From: an uncultured Candidatus Saccharibacteria bacterium
GTDB lineage: Bacteria; Patescibacteriota; WWE3; UBA101185; 2-01-FULL-41-18
Direction: 5' to 3'
DNA: 64,000 nucleotides
NCBI GenBank assembly: GCA_964636285.1
Contig: CAZWQF010000004.1
Coordinates: 3,666-67,665, forward strand
Part shown: positions 10,233 through 19,632 of the stretch, one piece after another
Numbering within the stretch: position 1 is the stretch's first letter
Layout of the letters: every line of letters begins with the position of its first letter
Position numbers and translations under genes: made by a program
Notes under the pieces: model-generated
Databases searched by the model: none
Told to the model about the DNA's origin: nothing
What the model saw: only the letters and a program-made list of their open reading frames with translations

Positions 10233-10377
10233 AAAGGAGATTTTAACAAAGAATATGTATAAGAGAAATAAAATTGGAGACTAAGATATAGGATAAAAGT
10301 AAGTGCCAGGCGTAGCGTTATCTTCAGAGTGCTTATTGTTTGCACACTCAAGTTAAACGCATACGCCTGGATATTGC

Positions 10378-10695
10378 CTAGAACTCTGGGGTCTCTCTTG
10401 ACAGCATGGAGCCCCTTGCTGCCGAACCCCAGGCGAGCCCGATGAGCATGGGGATCAGAGCAACGGCAAAAGCCACCACCCCCTGCGCATACGCAGGTGC
10501 CTGGACCATTCTTATGACCAGGAGCCCACTCTCAGATGCCCATGCCACGGCAAATCCCAGGGAAATGGGAATCAGGACAATAAAGATCGTCCTGAAAGCA
10601 TATCCCTTCACCCCAACGTGGACTGCTACAAGCGTGCAGGTAGCGGCGAGCATGGCACACAGCCCTATGAACTCCCACCATGTGTGGATCTCCAT
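10378..10695 (-). CDS. Small multi-TM membrane protein in GC-rich islet
   Basis: Strong SD (CAGGAGGT 5 nt before ATG); three hydrophobic helices; GC about 58%. Confidence 0.5.
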   Translation of the reverse strand: MEIHTWWEFIGLCAMLAATCTLVAVHVGVKGYAFRTIFIVLIPISLGFAVAWASESGLLVIRMVQAPAYAQGVVAFAVALIPMLIGLAWGSAARGSMLSRETPEF

Positions 10696-10785
10696 TCAGA
10701 CCTCCTGAGATTTTTAAGTTTTGTGAGACATTTTATCACAATTCAAAATACCTGTAACCTATAGTTAAAAGATGAGAGGTGACTG

Positions 10786-12165
10786 CTACTTCACTAGAGT
10801 ACCTTCTTTTGTGTCTTCTACCTGATACCCAAGCTTAACAATTTGACCACGAACAGTATCAGCCTCAAGAAATTTCTTCTCTTTTCTAAGCTCGTCTCTT
10901 TTTTTTGCAAGGCCTAGTGCTTCATCTGAAACTTTTCTTTCAATTTTTTTGAAACTTGAAAGCTGTAGACCTAGAACTTTATCCATCTTTTCAATTGTTT
11001 CAAAAGAAATATTTGAATCTTTCAAGGCTTCCCAAAAAACCGCTAGTGCCTTTGGAATATTTAAATCTTCGTTTAATGCGATCTTGAAATCCTCTAGTAC
11101 CTTTACATCGCCTGCTGTAAGTTGGTCTGCTGTTTTTTCTTTTTTCTCCAAATATAGCTTTCTAATATTATTCAGCGAATTTTGGGCACCGTCCAAAGCC
11201 TCCCATGTGAAATTAAGTTTCTGTCTGTAATGAGCGCTCAAAAACAGATATCGTAGCGCCAAAGGCTCAAACCCCCTCTTTTTTACGTCATCAACAGTAT
11301 AAAAATTCTGAAGGGATTTACTCATCTTCATTCCGTCCACAGCCAAAAATTCATGGTGCATCCAAATCTGCACAAACTTTTTGCCTGTAGCGGCCTCAGA
11401 CTGGGCTATTTCATTTTCATGATGTACTGGAATATGATCAACGCCACCTGTATGAATATCAAGCTGCGAGCCCAAATACTCCATAGACATTGCAGAACAC
11501 TCAATGTGCCAACCAGGAAAACCGTCTCCCCAAGGTGAGTCCCAGTGCATCATATGATCCTTGAAATGCCCAACAGTTTTAAACCATAGAGCAAAATCAG
11601 CAGGATTTCTCTTTTCCGAATCAACTACAACCTCATCCCTGACGCCGTGCAACTTGTCTTCTAAACTTTGTCCAGACAGCTTTCCGTAATCCTTAAACTT
11701 TGCTATATCAAAGTAAACTGCTTGAGTGGTGTCATAAGTAAATCCTTTTTTCTCAAGCTCCTGTATCAACTTTATCTGCGAAGGGATGTGCTCAGTTGCC
11801 CTACACACTACTTCCGGCTTTTCAACGCCAACCTGATCCATAGAGTAGTCAAAGTATTTTTCAAATTCACGCGCTACATCCCAAACAGATTTGCCCTCTC
11901 TTTTTGCGCCTTTTTCGAGTTTGTCTTCGCCCTCATCAGCATCCGAAACCAAATGCCCAACGTCCGTCACATTTCTAACAAGCTTTACTTTGTAACCAAA
12001 AAACTCAAGCGCTCGCCTTAAAAGATCGTCGCCAACATATTTTTTTAGGTGTCCAATGTGGGTAAAATCGTAAACTGTGGGACCACAGGTATAAATAGCT
12101 ACCTCTTTTGGATTGAGAGGCTTAAGCTCTTCTATTTTCTTTGAATAAGTGTTGTAAAGATTCAT
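10786..12165 (-). CDS. cysS: Cysteinyl-tRNA synthetase
   Basis: CGPTVYD, HIGH (HIGHL) and KMSKS motifs. Confidence 0.92.
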   Translation of the reverse strand: MNLYNTYSKKIEELKPLNPKEVAIYTCGPTVYDFTHIGHLKKYVGDDLLRRALEFFGYKVKLVRNVTDVGHLVSDADEGEDKLEKGAKREGKSVWDVAREFEKYFDYSMDQVGVEKPEVVCRATEHIPSQIKLIQELEKKGFTYDTTQAVYFDIAKFKDYGKLSGQSLEDKLHGVRDEVVVDSEKRNPADFALWFKTVGHFKDHMMHWDSPWGDGFPGWHIECSAMSMEYLGSQLDIHTGGVDHIPVHHENEIAQSEAATGKKFVQIWMHHEFLAVDGMKMSKSLQNFYTVDDVKKRGFEPLALRYLFLSAHYRQKLNFTWEALDGAQNSLNNIRKLYLEKKEKTADQLTAGDVKVLEDFKIALNEDLNIPKALAVFWEALKDSNISFETIEKMDKVLGLQLSSFKKIERKVSDEALGLAKKRDELRKEKKFLEADTVRGQIVKLGYQVEDTKEGTLVK

Positions 12166-12558
12166 TTAGTTTCCGCAGACAACAGTGATCACAAAATTCT
12201 TGTTTACAAAAAGACCAACTATTTTGACCTCTAGGTTCCATGATTTTACTACACTTACTGCTTTTTTAATTTGTCTGTGGTGGGTTTCAACATCAACTGG
12301 ATCCCCCGCACAGTCCTGATGACCTGTGATTACAACAAGATGCGAACCATGCTCCTTAACTGAAATGGTGACGTAATTTTTAAGTTCCTCAATATCTTGA
12401 ACTGACCCTTCGGAAAGAACTTTATCAATCCCAGGTTTTGTGACCATGTCTACATAATCAACGGTATATTCAGACCTAATCCATTCGGTAACAGGTTTTT
12501 GAACTCTTCCGTCCATGCAGTTTAAAGCTGTAGCAAATTTTGCAGGTTCAATGTTCAT
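12166..12558 (-). CDS. Small protein with beta-carbonic-anhydrase-like zinc-ligand motifs (CMDGR ... GHQDCAG)
   Basis: CxDxR and HxxC motifs spaced as in beta-CA, but only 130 aa. Confidence 0.4.
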   Translation of the reverse strand: MNIEPAKFATALNCMDGRVQKPVTEWIRSEYTVDYVDMVTKPGIDKVLSEGSVQDIEELKNYVTISVKEHGSHLVVITGHQDCAGDPVDVETHHRQIKKAVSVVKSWNLEVKIVGLFVNKNFVITVVCGN

Positions 12559-12603
12559 AGGTAATTAGAGTATGCACACGCCAAAATAAAAATTCAAGAA
12601 GTA

Positions 12604-13275
12604 TTAGTACCCTGCCCGGCCTTCTAACGCTCTCTTGAGGGTTATGTCGTCAGCGTATTCAATGTCACCGCCAACAGGAAGCCCTCTTGCAATTCGTGAT
12701 ATTTTTATTTCTCCAATATCGTTTTTTGCCTCAAGAATGAGCTTAGAAATAAACATTGAGGTGGACTCCCCTTCCATATTCGTGTTTGTAGCTAAAATAA
12801 TTTCTGAAACTGATTCGTTTATACTGGTTGTAACTAGATCACTTTGAACATACATGTATGGATTATCTTTTAATTTGGCTGTTTTTAGTCTTTTCATAAG
12901 ATCAAAAATATAAATATCGTCAGGACCAATGTTGTTTAATGGGCTGATAACGCCGTGAAGAACATGGTAAAGTCCCTTAAAACCTGCTCGCTCGAATGCA
13001 AGTACATCCAATGGGGACTCAACCACGGCTAGAATAGATCGATCTCTTTTTGTGTCTGTGCAAATTTCACATGGATTTCCCTCGCCAATGTTTTTGCAAT
13101 TGTCGCAAGTTTGAGTTTTTGATTTAAGCTCTGAAACTGCCTTTGAAAAAAGGCCTAGCTCTTCTTCCGGTACCCTAAGCATGTAGAAAGCAAGTCTCTG
13201 CGCTGTTTTAGGACCTATCCCAGGAAGCCTCTCAAACGCTTCCATTAAATTTTGAATGGACTTTGGTATTTTCAT
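12604..13275 (-). CDS. recR: Recombination protein RecR
   Basis: HhH N-terminus (LPGIGPKTAQRLAF), C4 zinc finger CDNCKN...CEIC, Toprim domain. Confidence 0.9.
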   Translation of the reverse strand: MKIPKSIQNLMEAFERLPGIGPKTAQRLAFYMLRVPEEELGLFSKAVSELKSKTQTCDNCKNIGEGNPCEICTDTKRDRSILAVVESPLDVLAFERAGFKGLYHVLHGVISPLNNIGPDDIYIFDLMKRLKTAKLKDNPYMYVQSDLVTTSINESVSEIILATNTNMEGESTSMFISKLILEAKNDIGEIKISRIARGLPVGGDIEYADDITLKRALEGRAGY

Positions 13276-13282
13276 AGATTCT

Positions 13283-13331
13283 GCCCGGGAGACTAAAACC
13301 CAAGCACCGCGCAGGTTTTAGTCTCCCGGGC
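13283..13331. repeat. Palindromic dispersed repeat, type A complete copy (GCCCGGGAGACTAAAACCC - 12 nt - GGTTTTAGTCTCCCGGGC)
   Basis: Perfect 18-19 bp inverted arms in the recR-dnaX intergenic spacer; same motif recurs at 16615, 21167, 43036, 43133 and 63473. Confidence 0.8.
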
Positions 13332-13332
13332 A

Positions 13333-14991
13333 CTACAATTCGATATTACCGTCAAACACATCCATAGCACTCTTTGTCACTTTTTTAACCGTTTCCTCTG
13401 CTGGGATTTCTATATTTCTGTCAGTCAAACTCTCCCCTGCTTTGGACTTTAATTCACATTTAAGCCTAAGCTTTGCCCCAAACATATCAAGTAATGCCTT
13501 CTCCAAAATCTCCCTACTCTTTTTTGACTCCAACCTGTCTTTATGGAACGCATATGCCACCTCCAGTGTAAGCCAACCGTCAGCAACATCCTTAGGTCTG
13601 CAGGACCTTAATAACGCTTCAACCGAATGGTTAAATGGTTTAACCGCCTTTAAAATTTCACTCCACGAATCAAGCACAGACTGAAGCGTAACTACTGTAA
13701 GTGACACTGATTCTGTGTCTCCCAAATCAAGGGAGTCTTCAACCTTACTTTTCTTCTTTTTTCCATCAAGCCCATCAAGCTCATCAAAGTCAGAGAAATC
13801 CCCATTCGCCCCACTACCCTCAACTAAATCTTCATCTTCGGCATTACTACCTCCACTACCGCCACCTCTCTTACCGCCTCTCCCACTATCCCCAGAAGGC
13901 TCAAAATTGCCCTTCTTATTGGTTTTTTTGTCCAAGATAGCTTCACATGAAGCCACAATTGCAAGTTCAACTGGAAGCTGATGTATGGCTGAAGTCTTGA
14001 TCTCTACAGTAGCCTTCATAAATTTTTCTATGATCATCACAAGCTCCATAGGTTCTAATTTTTGTGCTTGATCTTCCATCAGAGCATAAATATCTTCAGG
14101 CATGTCGCTTATCCCTTTTGAGTACCCAGCCTGAACATATAAGAGGTCCCTTAAGTATCTGACATATTCATTTGTCCAGTTAACAAGGTCCACCCCATCG
14201 TCAAATAATTTGTTAATAATGCTCAAAGCTCCTTGAGATTTTGCTTCAATAATTGATCTTGTTAGCTTAACGTAAGTTTCAAGAGCATTTGATCCAAGTA
14301 GAGACTCAACATTTAGCCCTCCATCAAGAACCTGCTCAAGGATTGTGTCTGCATCCCTAAACCCTCCATAAGCTGCAACTGCAACCTTCTGTAGATCTTC
14401 TTTTGAAAGCTCCTTTTTCTCTTTTTCCAAAATGTATTCAAGCCTTGCAACAATTTGTTTGACAGTTGGCCTTTTAAACTTAAAAACTTGGCATCTTGAT
14501 TTAATTGTTTCAGGAACTTTGTGACTTTCCGTTGTACATAAAATAAACACAGCATGCTTTGGCGGCTCTTCCAAAGTTTTTAGGAGCGCATTGAAAGCTT
14601 CGATTGTAAGCATGTGAACCTCATCAATTATGTAGATTTTGTATTTTGATGAGAATGGCGATAGGCCAATAGAATCTTTTAGGGCCCTGATATCATCAAT
14701 TCCTCTGTTACTTGCCGCGTCTATTTCGATTAAATCAATATATTTTCCTACTGAGATTGCTTTGCAAGTGGCGCACTTATCACAGGGATCGCCGTTTTTT
14801 TCAGGCGATTTGCAATTTAAGGCTTTGGCAAAAATCCTTGCTGTGGTTGTTTTACCTGTTCCTCTTGGCCCAATAAAAAGATAAGAATGTGCAATCTTAT
14901 CTTCTGCAATTTGAGACGAAAGGGCAAGCGCCGTATCATTCGGTTTTAAGACCTCCGAAAAGACCTGAGGCCTATATTTCTGATAGAACAT
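13333..14991 (-). CDS. dnaX: DNA polymerase III subunit gamma/tau
   Basis: Walker A GPRGTGKTT, zinc module CxxC...C, clamp-loader boxes; Gly/Asp-rich low-complexity insert. Confidence 0.9.
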   Translation of the reverse strand: MFYQKYRPQVFSEVLKPNDTALALSSQIAEDKIAHSYLFIGPRGTGKTTTARIFAKALNCKSPEKNGDPCDKCATCKAISVGKYIDLIEIDAASNRGIDDIRALKDSIGLSPFSSKYKIYIIDEVHMLTIEAFNALLKTLEEPPKHAVFILCTTESHKVPETIKSRCQVFKFKRPTVKQIVARLEYILEKEKKELSKEDLQKVAVAAYGGFRDADTILEQVLDGGLNVESLLGSNALETYVKLTRSIIEAKSQGALSIINKLFDDGVDLVNWTNEYVRYLRDLLYVQAGYSKGISDMPEDIYALMEDQAQKLEPMELVMIIEKFMKATVEIKTSAIHQLPVELAIVASCEAILDKKTNKKGNFEPSGDSGRGGKRGGGSGGSNAEDEDLVEGSGANGDFSDFDELDGLDGKKKKSKVEDSLDLGDTESVSLTVVTLQSVLDSWSEILKAVKPFNHSVEALLRSCRPKDVADGWLTLEVAYAFHKDRLESKKSREILEKALLDMFGAKLRLKCELKSKAGESLTDRNIEIPAEETVKKVTKSAMDVFDGNIEL

Positions 14992-15147
14992 AAATATTCA
15001 CCTGACGAATTTACCTGGCGGAATTGATTCGCGATAAAAGTATAGAATTTTAATAGATCAAATACAACGAATTTAAATGAGAGTGTATGAATCCGCCGCT
15101 AGCCTAAAGCCCTCACGGCGGATCAAGACTGGAACCCAGATTTCCCA

Positions 15148-15411
15148 TCAGGGCACCCAATTGAAATGCGAATTGAGTGTGAACACAAGGTGAACAACAA
15201 TTGCGGTCCCAATAAATATGTAAAGCCTGGCCCAGTGTTTTGGGATTCTATATTCCTGCTCATGCTGCTTCACAAGGAAGAAAAGCCAACCAGCTGCAAG
15301 AAAATGCGCAAATATGTACAGGTCAAAATGAGTGAGGTGAACAAGCCACCACTCAAATCGTGCCCCTGCTTCATTTAGGGCGTCCAGGAAAATCTTCAGA
15401 AAATCAGGCAT
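15148..15411 (-). CDS. Small membrane protein in GC-rich islet
   Basis: Two hydrophobic helices; downstream hairpin ATCCGCCG...CGGCGGAT at 15075-15106. Confidence 0.4.
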   Translation of the reverse strand: MPDFLKIFLDALNEAGARFEWWLVHLTHFDLYIFAHFLAAGWLFFLVKQHEQEYRIPKHWARLYIFIGTAIVVHLVFTLNSHFNWVP

Positions 15412-15474
15412 TGCGCCCTCCCTCTTTGTTGCCCCTTTCGGGACGGATTGATTAACGAATGATATAGGCGATTC

Positions 15475-16020
15475 TTAAAAAGCGCAAAAGGTGTTTAGTT
15501 TCTCTTTTAGTGATGAGGAATAAAGGTTCTTCAAGACAGTAAGCTCTTCTTCAGAAAACTTTTGTAGAACATAATCTTCAACTTGGAATTTGTTGTTTTC
15601 AGGCCTTCCAACCCCTATTCGCATTCTCCAAAACTCTGAAGAACCGGTCTTTGAGATTATGTCTTCAACGCCGTGATGTCCTGCTGCCTGACTCCCCTTT
15701 TTGACTTTAAAGTCGCCAAATTTAATGTCCACATCATCGTGCAGAACTAAAAGGTCATTGTGATCAACATGGTAATAGCTCATAAGCTTACTTACAGCTT
15801 CGCCACTTTTATTCATAAAAGTTAAGGGCTCAACAAAAAGGCAGTCTGCAATTTTAATAATCTGAGAGTTGAATTTGCTTTCTTCAAGCCACACAACAGA
15901 GTTGTTAAGCTTTTCAGACACAAACTGATTAAGCACCATAAATCCAGCATTATGCCTAGTGTATTCGTATTTTTCGCCTGGATTACCAAGCCCCACAATT
16001 AATTTCATAAATTTTTCCAA
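15475..16020 (-). CDS. pth: Peptidyl-tRNA hydrolase
   Basis: LIVGLGNPG...YxxTRHNAGF signature. Confidence 0.88.
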   Translation of the reverse strand: MEKFMKLIVGLGNPGEKYEYTRHNAGFMVLNQFVSEKLNNSVVWLEESKFNSQIIKIADCLFVEPLTFMNKSGEAVSKLMSYYHVDHNDLLVLHDDVDIKFGDFKVKKGSQAAGHHGVEDIISKTGSSEFWRMRIGVGRPENNKFQVEDYVLQKFSEEELTVLKNLYSSSLKEKLNTFCAF

Positions 16021-16577
16021 ACAAAGTATGTGCTCCTCTTAGGCTCCACTTCTACATACCCAAGCTCATTATAAAACTCTTTCTTCAAATTAACTTGGTA
16101 GACATAAAAAACATATTTAGTTTTTAGCCCGGGATGATAAGGAGATTCTTTTTCCTCCTGCAACTCATTTGTAAATTCGTAAGTGTAGCCTTCTGGAGGG
16201 ATGTTTAACTCTTCCTGAATCCCTCTTTTTAGCGCCAATTCTGGCTCTTCACCCATCTTTATTTTTTCAGCAAGGTACTCAAAACCTCTAACCAACTCTC
16301 TTTGAGCCCCGCTAATATCAGTAAAAATCTGTTTATCTTCAACTAGTTTTTTCTTTTGTAAGCCTTCTGAGTAATAAATGTGAGCGTTGATACCATTGAG
16401 GTATCTGATCAGACCACCTTCTTCTTCAGCAAGGTAAAATTCCTTGTTGTTTAAATCAATTACAAATTTCTGAGAGATTTCAGGGTAAATAGACTCCCAC
16501 TTAGACATATCTACTCCATGCTTAAGAAGAAAGGTCTGTAATGACTCCAGGTTTTGAGGAATTGGTAGAATATACAT
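16005..16577 (-). CDS. Putative NUDIX-family hydrolase
   Basis: NUDIX-box-like EEPELALKRGIQEELNI; overlaps pth start by 16 nt. Confidence 0.45.
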   Translation of the reverse strand: MYILPIPQNLESLQTFLLKHGVDMSKWESIYPEISQKFVIDLNNKEFYLAEEEGGLIRYLNGINAHIYYSEGLQKKKLVEDKQIFTDISGAQRELVRGFEYLAEKIKMGEEPELALKRGIQEELNIPPEGYTYEFTNELQEEKESPYHPGLKTKYVFYVYQVNLKKEFYNELGYVEVEPKRSTYFVWKNL

Positions 16578-16614
16578 AAAGTTACTCTAAGGACTGAAAA
16601 CTAGGCACTGCACA

Positions 16615-16632
16615 GGTTTTAGTCTCCCGGGC
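16615..16632. repeat. Solo right arm of type A dispersed repeat (GGTTTTAGTCTCCCGGGC)
   Basis: Exact match to the right arm at 13314-13331. Confidence 0.7.
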
Positions 16633-16646
16633 AGAGGTTATGTCCA

Positions 16647-16970
16647 CTAGTGGTCATCGCCATCGTGGTGCACCCCTTGCAAATGGAGCATTCCGTGAGC
16701 TACAAGCTCTGCCACTTCGTGCTCAAAATCGTTACCGTAATCCCCTGCTTGCTTTTTAACCCTATCCACATTCACCACAATATCCCCAAGGTGAAACTTT
16801 CCGTCAGCCTCCTCCTCATCATAATTAAACGAAAGGACATCCGTTGGATAATCCTTTTGCCTATACTGCAAATTAAGCTTTTGCATCTCCTCATTATTAA
16901 CAAACGAAACATTTACGTATGAACCTGCCTTAAGAGCTTTTACACTTTTGGGATCAACAGTATTTGTCAT
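16647..16970 (-). CDS. ybeY: Endoribonuclease YbeY (rRNA maturation), short form
   Basis: DVLSF and HGMLHLQGVHHDGDDH (H3 zinc site) motifs. Confidence 0.8.
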   Translation of the reverse strand: MTNTVDPKSVKALKAGSYVNVSFVNNEEMQKLNLQYRQKDYPTDVLSFNYDEEEADGKFHLGDIVVNVDRVKKQAGDYGNDFEHEVAELVAHGMLHLQGVHHDGDDH

Positions 16971-17014
16971 AAGCTAAGAATATCAGGAGATGAAAAATAA
17001 GTCTAAATGGGAAT

Positions 17015-17305
17015 TTACTTGAAGATCAGGGACACAAGGACTTGTGGTAGCTGACATGCAAGAAAAATAAGCCCAGAGAGCTTTGCATAGGTCATGACCT
17101 TTTGTTTGTCATGTTCGGAATCCCATTGTTTTTTATTTGCAAAGAAAAAAAGGCCACCAGCCCCTAGTAAAAACAAGAATCCAAACTTTGAAATTGCACC
17201 AGCTATTATTTGAAATGCACTTGTTGCATCAACTGCCATACAAAAATTATGGCATACGCAATTTAAAAAGTCATCAGTTTTAAGTTTGAGTAATAACCAA
17301 AGCAA
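17015..17305 (-). CDS. Small membrane protein (start uncertain)
   Basis: Hydrophobic ORF between ybeY and the YqeY-like gene. Confidence 0.3.
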   Translation of the reverse strand: MLWLLLKLKTDDFLNCVCHNFCMAVDATSAFQIIAGAISKFGFLFLLGAGGLFFFANKKQWDSEHDKQKVMTYAKLSGLIFLACQLPQVLVSLIFK

Positions 17306-17317
17306 AGGTTTTAGGGT

Positions 17318-17776
17318 TTATGAGAGTTTTTCTTTTACTAGCCTGCTGACAAGTGCTCCGTCAGCTTTACCTTTGGTTTTAGGAACAAGAATGGCCATAA
17401 CTTTACCCATATCAGACGCCATTTTTGCGCCAGATTCAGCAACAGCACTATCAACCAATACCTTAACCTCTTCTTCAGTCATTTGCTGAGGGAGGTAAGC
17501 TTCAAGAATCTTAAGCTCTGCCTGCTCTTTATCAGCCAAATCTTTTCTACCACCCTTTTCAAACTCAGCTATAGATTCTTTTCTTTGTTTAATTTGCTTT
17601 GAAATAAGGGCAATAACCTCATCATCGTCAAGCTCTTTATTTAAAGGCCTAAGCTCAATGATTCGGTTTTTGATAGCCGAAATCAAATACCTTAAAGTGG
17701 AGGCTTTTAATTCCTCCTTAGCTTTAAGGGATTCGATTAAATTACTTTGAAGTTTTTCAAACAACAGCGATGACAT
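17318..17776 (-). CDS. GatB/YqeY domain protein
   Basis: N-terminal LKASTLRYLISAIKNR pattern typical of the YqeY family; adjacent to rpsU as in many bacteria. Confidence 0.8.
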   Translation of the reverse strand: MSSLLFEKLQSNLIESLKAKEELKASTLRYLISAIKNRIIELRPLNKELDDDEVIALISKQIKQRKESIAEFEKGGRKDLADKEQAELKILEAYLPQQMTEEEVKVLVDSAVAESGAKMASDMGKVMAILVPKTKGKADGALVSRLVKEKLS

Positions 17777-17788
17777 GTTTCTTAAGAA

Positions 17789-17989
17789 TTACGGAGTTCT
17801 GCCATAAAATCTTTCGTTGTATATTTTTTTGGCTTTTTCCTCAGTTCTTCTTTTCTTTATGAGACTCGGCTTTTCATAGTATTCTCTCTTTTTTACTTCC
17901 TGAAGGATACCGTCTTTTTGCACTTCCCTCTGGAATCTTCTCAGCGCCTGCTCAAGAGACTCGTCATGCCTGACTTTAATTTTTGCCAT
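17789..17989 (-). CDS. rpsU: 30S ribosomal protein S21
   Basis: MAKIKVRHDESLEQALRRFQR... canonical S21. Confidence 0.85.
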   Translation of the reverse strand: MAKIKVRHDESLEQALRRFQREVQKDGILQEVKKREYYEKPSLIKKRRTEEKAKKIYNERFYGRTP

Positions 17990-18180
17990 GATTTAAAAAA
18001 ACACCTCCACTCCAATACAAAATATTAATTCCAATTTATGGTTTTCTTAATTTTAACCAATGTGATTCTAAAATAAATAGACAAATTACACAAACAGAAG
18101 AATCTGGCTCAGCTAAAGCAAAATTCATGTGTGCTGTGCCTAAATTCTACATAAAACTAAGAAAATGGTAAGAATGCATA

Positions 18181-18576
18181 TCAGCTTTCGCCGCCAGGTT
18201 CAGTTTTTGACCCTCCCATAATGTGTAAATGTTGATGCTCAAAATGGTTGTAACCAGCGCCGTTATTCACTATTTTATAACCGGTTTTATCAAGCCCAAG
18301 CCTAACAATCCCCTGCCACGCGGCGTCCATAATTTTAGTCCAATATTCGCTTTTTGAAAGCTTTCCACTCATAGTGTCCTCTTTTTGATTGTGTTCCTTA
18401 TCTAAAACCAGAACATGAACCGGAGCTTTTGGGAATTTGTTTTTAATAATGATGAAATCTTCAAGTTCAAGAACTTTTGATGAAGGCTCATTCCCTTCAA
18501 CAATTTTGCAGAAAAGACAGTTTGGGTCGTGTTTTTTAGTTGCCATGGCTTGATAATAAGGATGAATAGAAAGCAA
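18181..18576 (-). CDS. HIT-family (histidine triad) protein
   Basis: HQHLHIMGG histidine triad; CLFCKI N-terminal motif. Confidence 0.8.
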   Translation of the reverse strand: MLSIHPYYQAMATKKHDPNCLFCKIVEGNEPSSKVLELEDFIIIKNKFPKAPVHVLVLDKEHNQKEDTMSGKLSKSEYWTKIMDAAWQGIVRLGLDKTGYKIVNNGAGYNHFEHQHLHIMGGSKTEPGGES

Positions 18577-18646
18577 GTCAATAAAACTGAATTGCCTAAC
18601 GAGCCTGAATGGTAAGTTCTGGCGCGCTAGGCAACTTATGCAGACA

Positions 18647-19165
18647 TCAAATCTTACTAAAAAATTTCAGCAAGATTGTGGATACAGCCCATGAAAGCAT
18701 CACTGCAACGTGCAATGCGGGCAATATCAGGAGCTCAGGTAAAGTCAGGTACGCTGCTGCACTTTGAACCTGCCAAACCTGATAAAAGGAGATGCACCCG
18801 CATATGGACAGTGCTAGAGCCTCGGCTTGGAACACCAGATTGTATCCGGTATTGGAATCCAAGAGCAGTGCTAATGCCCCTATGAAAAGCATCAATCCAA
18901 TCGCTACCAATACTATAGTGCCAAAGGCTCTGAAGTACTCAATAGGGAGGGAACCCAAAAGCACAAGCTGTAAGGGCAACAGCAGATAGAGCAGGTAAAA
19001 CAAAAGGAAGGCCTTAAACGTCCTGCTACTTATTTCCTCGGCCCACTTGTTCACCTGCCATTCTGATGGAAACTTCTCTGAGGCTGGAGGGTCATATATA
19101 GGTCTTGCGCCCTTCGGTTTTATTCTCCTTCTAAAACTAAGCACCAACCTGTAAATCCAGTCAAG
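18647..19165 (-). CDS. Multi-TM membrane protein (GC-rich islet), translationally coupled to the upstream gene
   Basis: SD AGAAGGGAAG before ATG at 19165; start overlaps the stop of 19161..19583 by 4 nt. Confidence 0.45.
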   Translation of the reverse strand, partial: LDWIYRLVLSFRRRIKPKGARPIYDPPASEKFPSEWQVNKWAEEISSRTFKAFLLFYLLYLLLPLQLVLLGSLPIEYFRAFGTIVLVAIGLMLFIGALALLLDSNTGYNLVFQAEALALSICGCISFYQVWQVQSAAAYLTLPELLILPALHVAVMLSWAVSTILLKFFSKI

Positions 19166-19583
19166 CATTGCTACTTCCCTTCTCTCCAAGCCAGAATCTC
19201 ACACCAATACCAAAAAACAGGTATTGAAGCGCGGGGACCAAAAACAACCAGAAATCCGGAAATAACCCCCTCCAAAGCCATAGGTATGCAGCAGAACTTA
19301 CTGACAGCATTAGGCACCCCACAACTGCAAGCACTACCATAGAAAATGCCTTAGCACGCCTTCTATTTACAAAAAGTAGCACTCCAACCAACACGATAAG
19401 CAGAATAAGAGACTGAAATGTTTGAGCCCACTTTCCAAAGGTGGCATCAAAGCCCCCAGAAAAGATGAAACGCCCGAGCACAGCCCCTAGCGCCCAGAGC
19501 CCAAAAACCCCCCAAAGGAGCACGGACAATATGCCTGCCAACTCACACAACACCTCAATTTGGTTTTGTCTTGACTGCATGAT
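19161..19583 (-). CDS. Multi-TM membrane protein (GC-rich islet)
   Basis: SD AGAGAGGGAAAATC before ATG at 19583; start chosen so as not to overlap proS. Confidence 0.45.
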   Translation of the reverse strand: MMQSRQNQIEVLCELAGILSVLLWGVFGLWALGAVLGRFIFSGGFDATFGKWAQTFQSLILLIVLVGVLLFVNRRRAKAFSMVVLAVVGCLMLSVSSAAYLWLWRGLFPDFWLFLVPALQYLFFGIGVRFWLGEKGSSNA

Positions 19584-19632
19584 TTTCCCTCTCTTTCTGT
19601 GATTTGTTTGAGTTTGACAAATTATACTTTGA

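Noticed and set aside
10406-10708. 100-aa plus-strand ORF
   Set aside because: It is antisense to the SD-supported membrane-protein gene 10378..10695 and is a GC-rich frame artefact.
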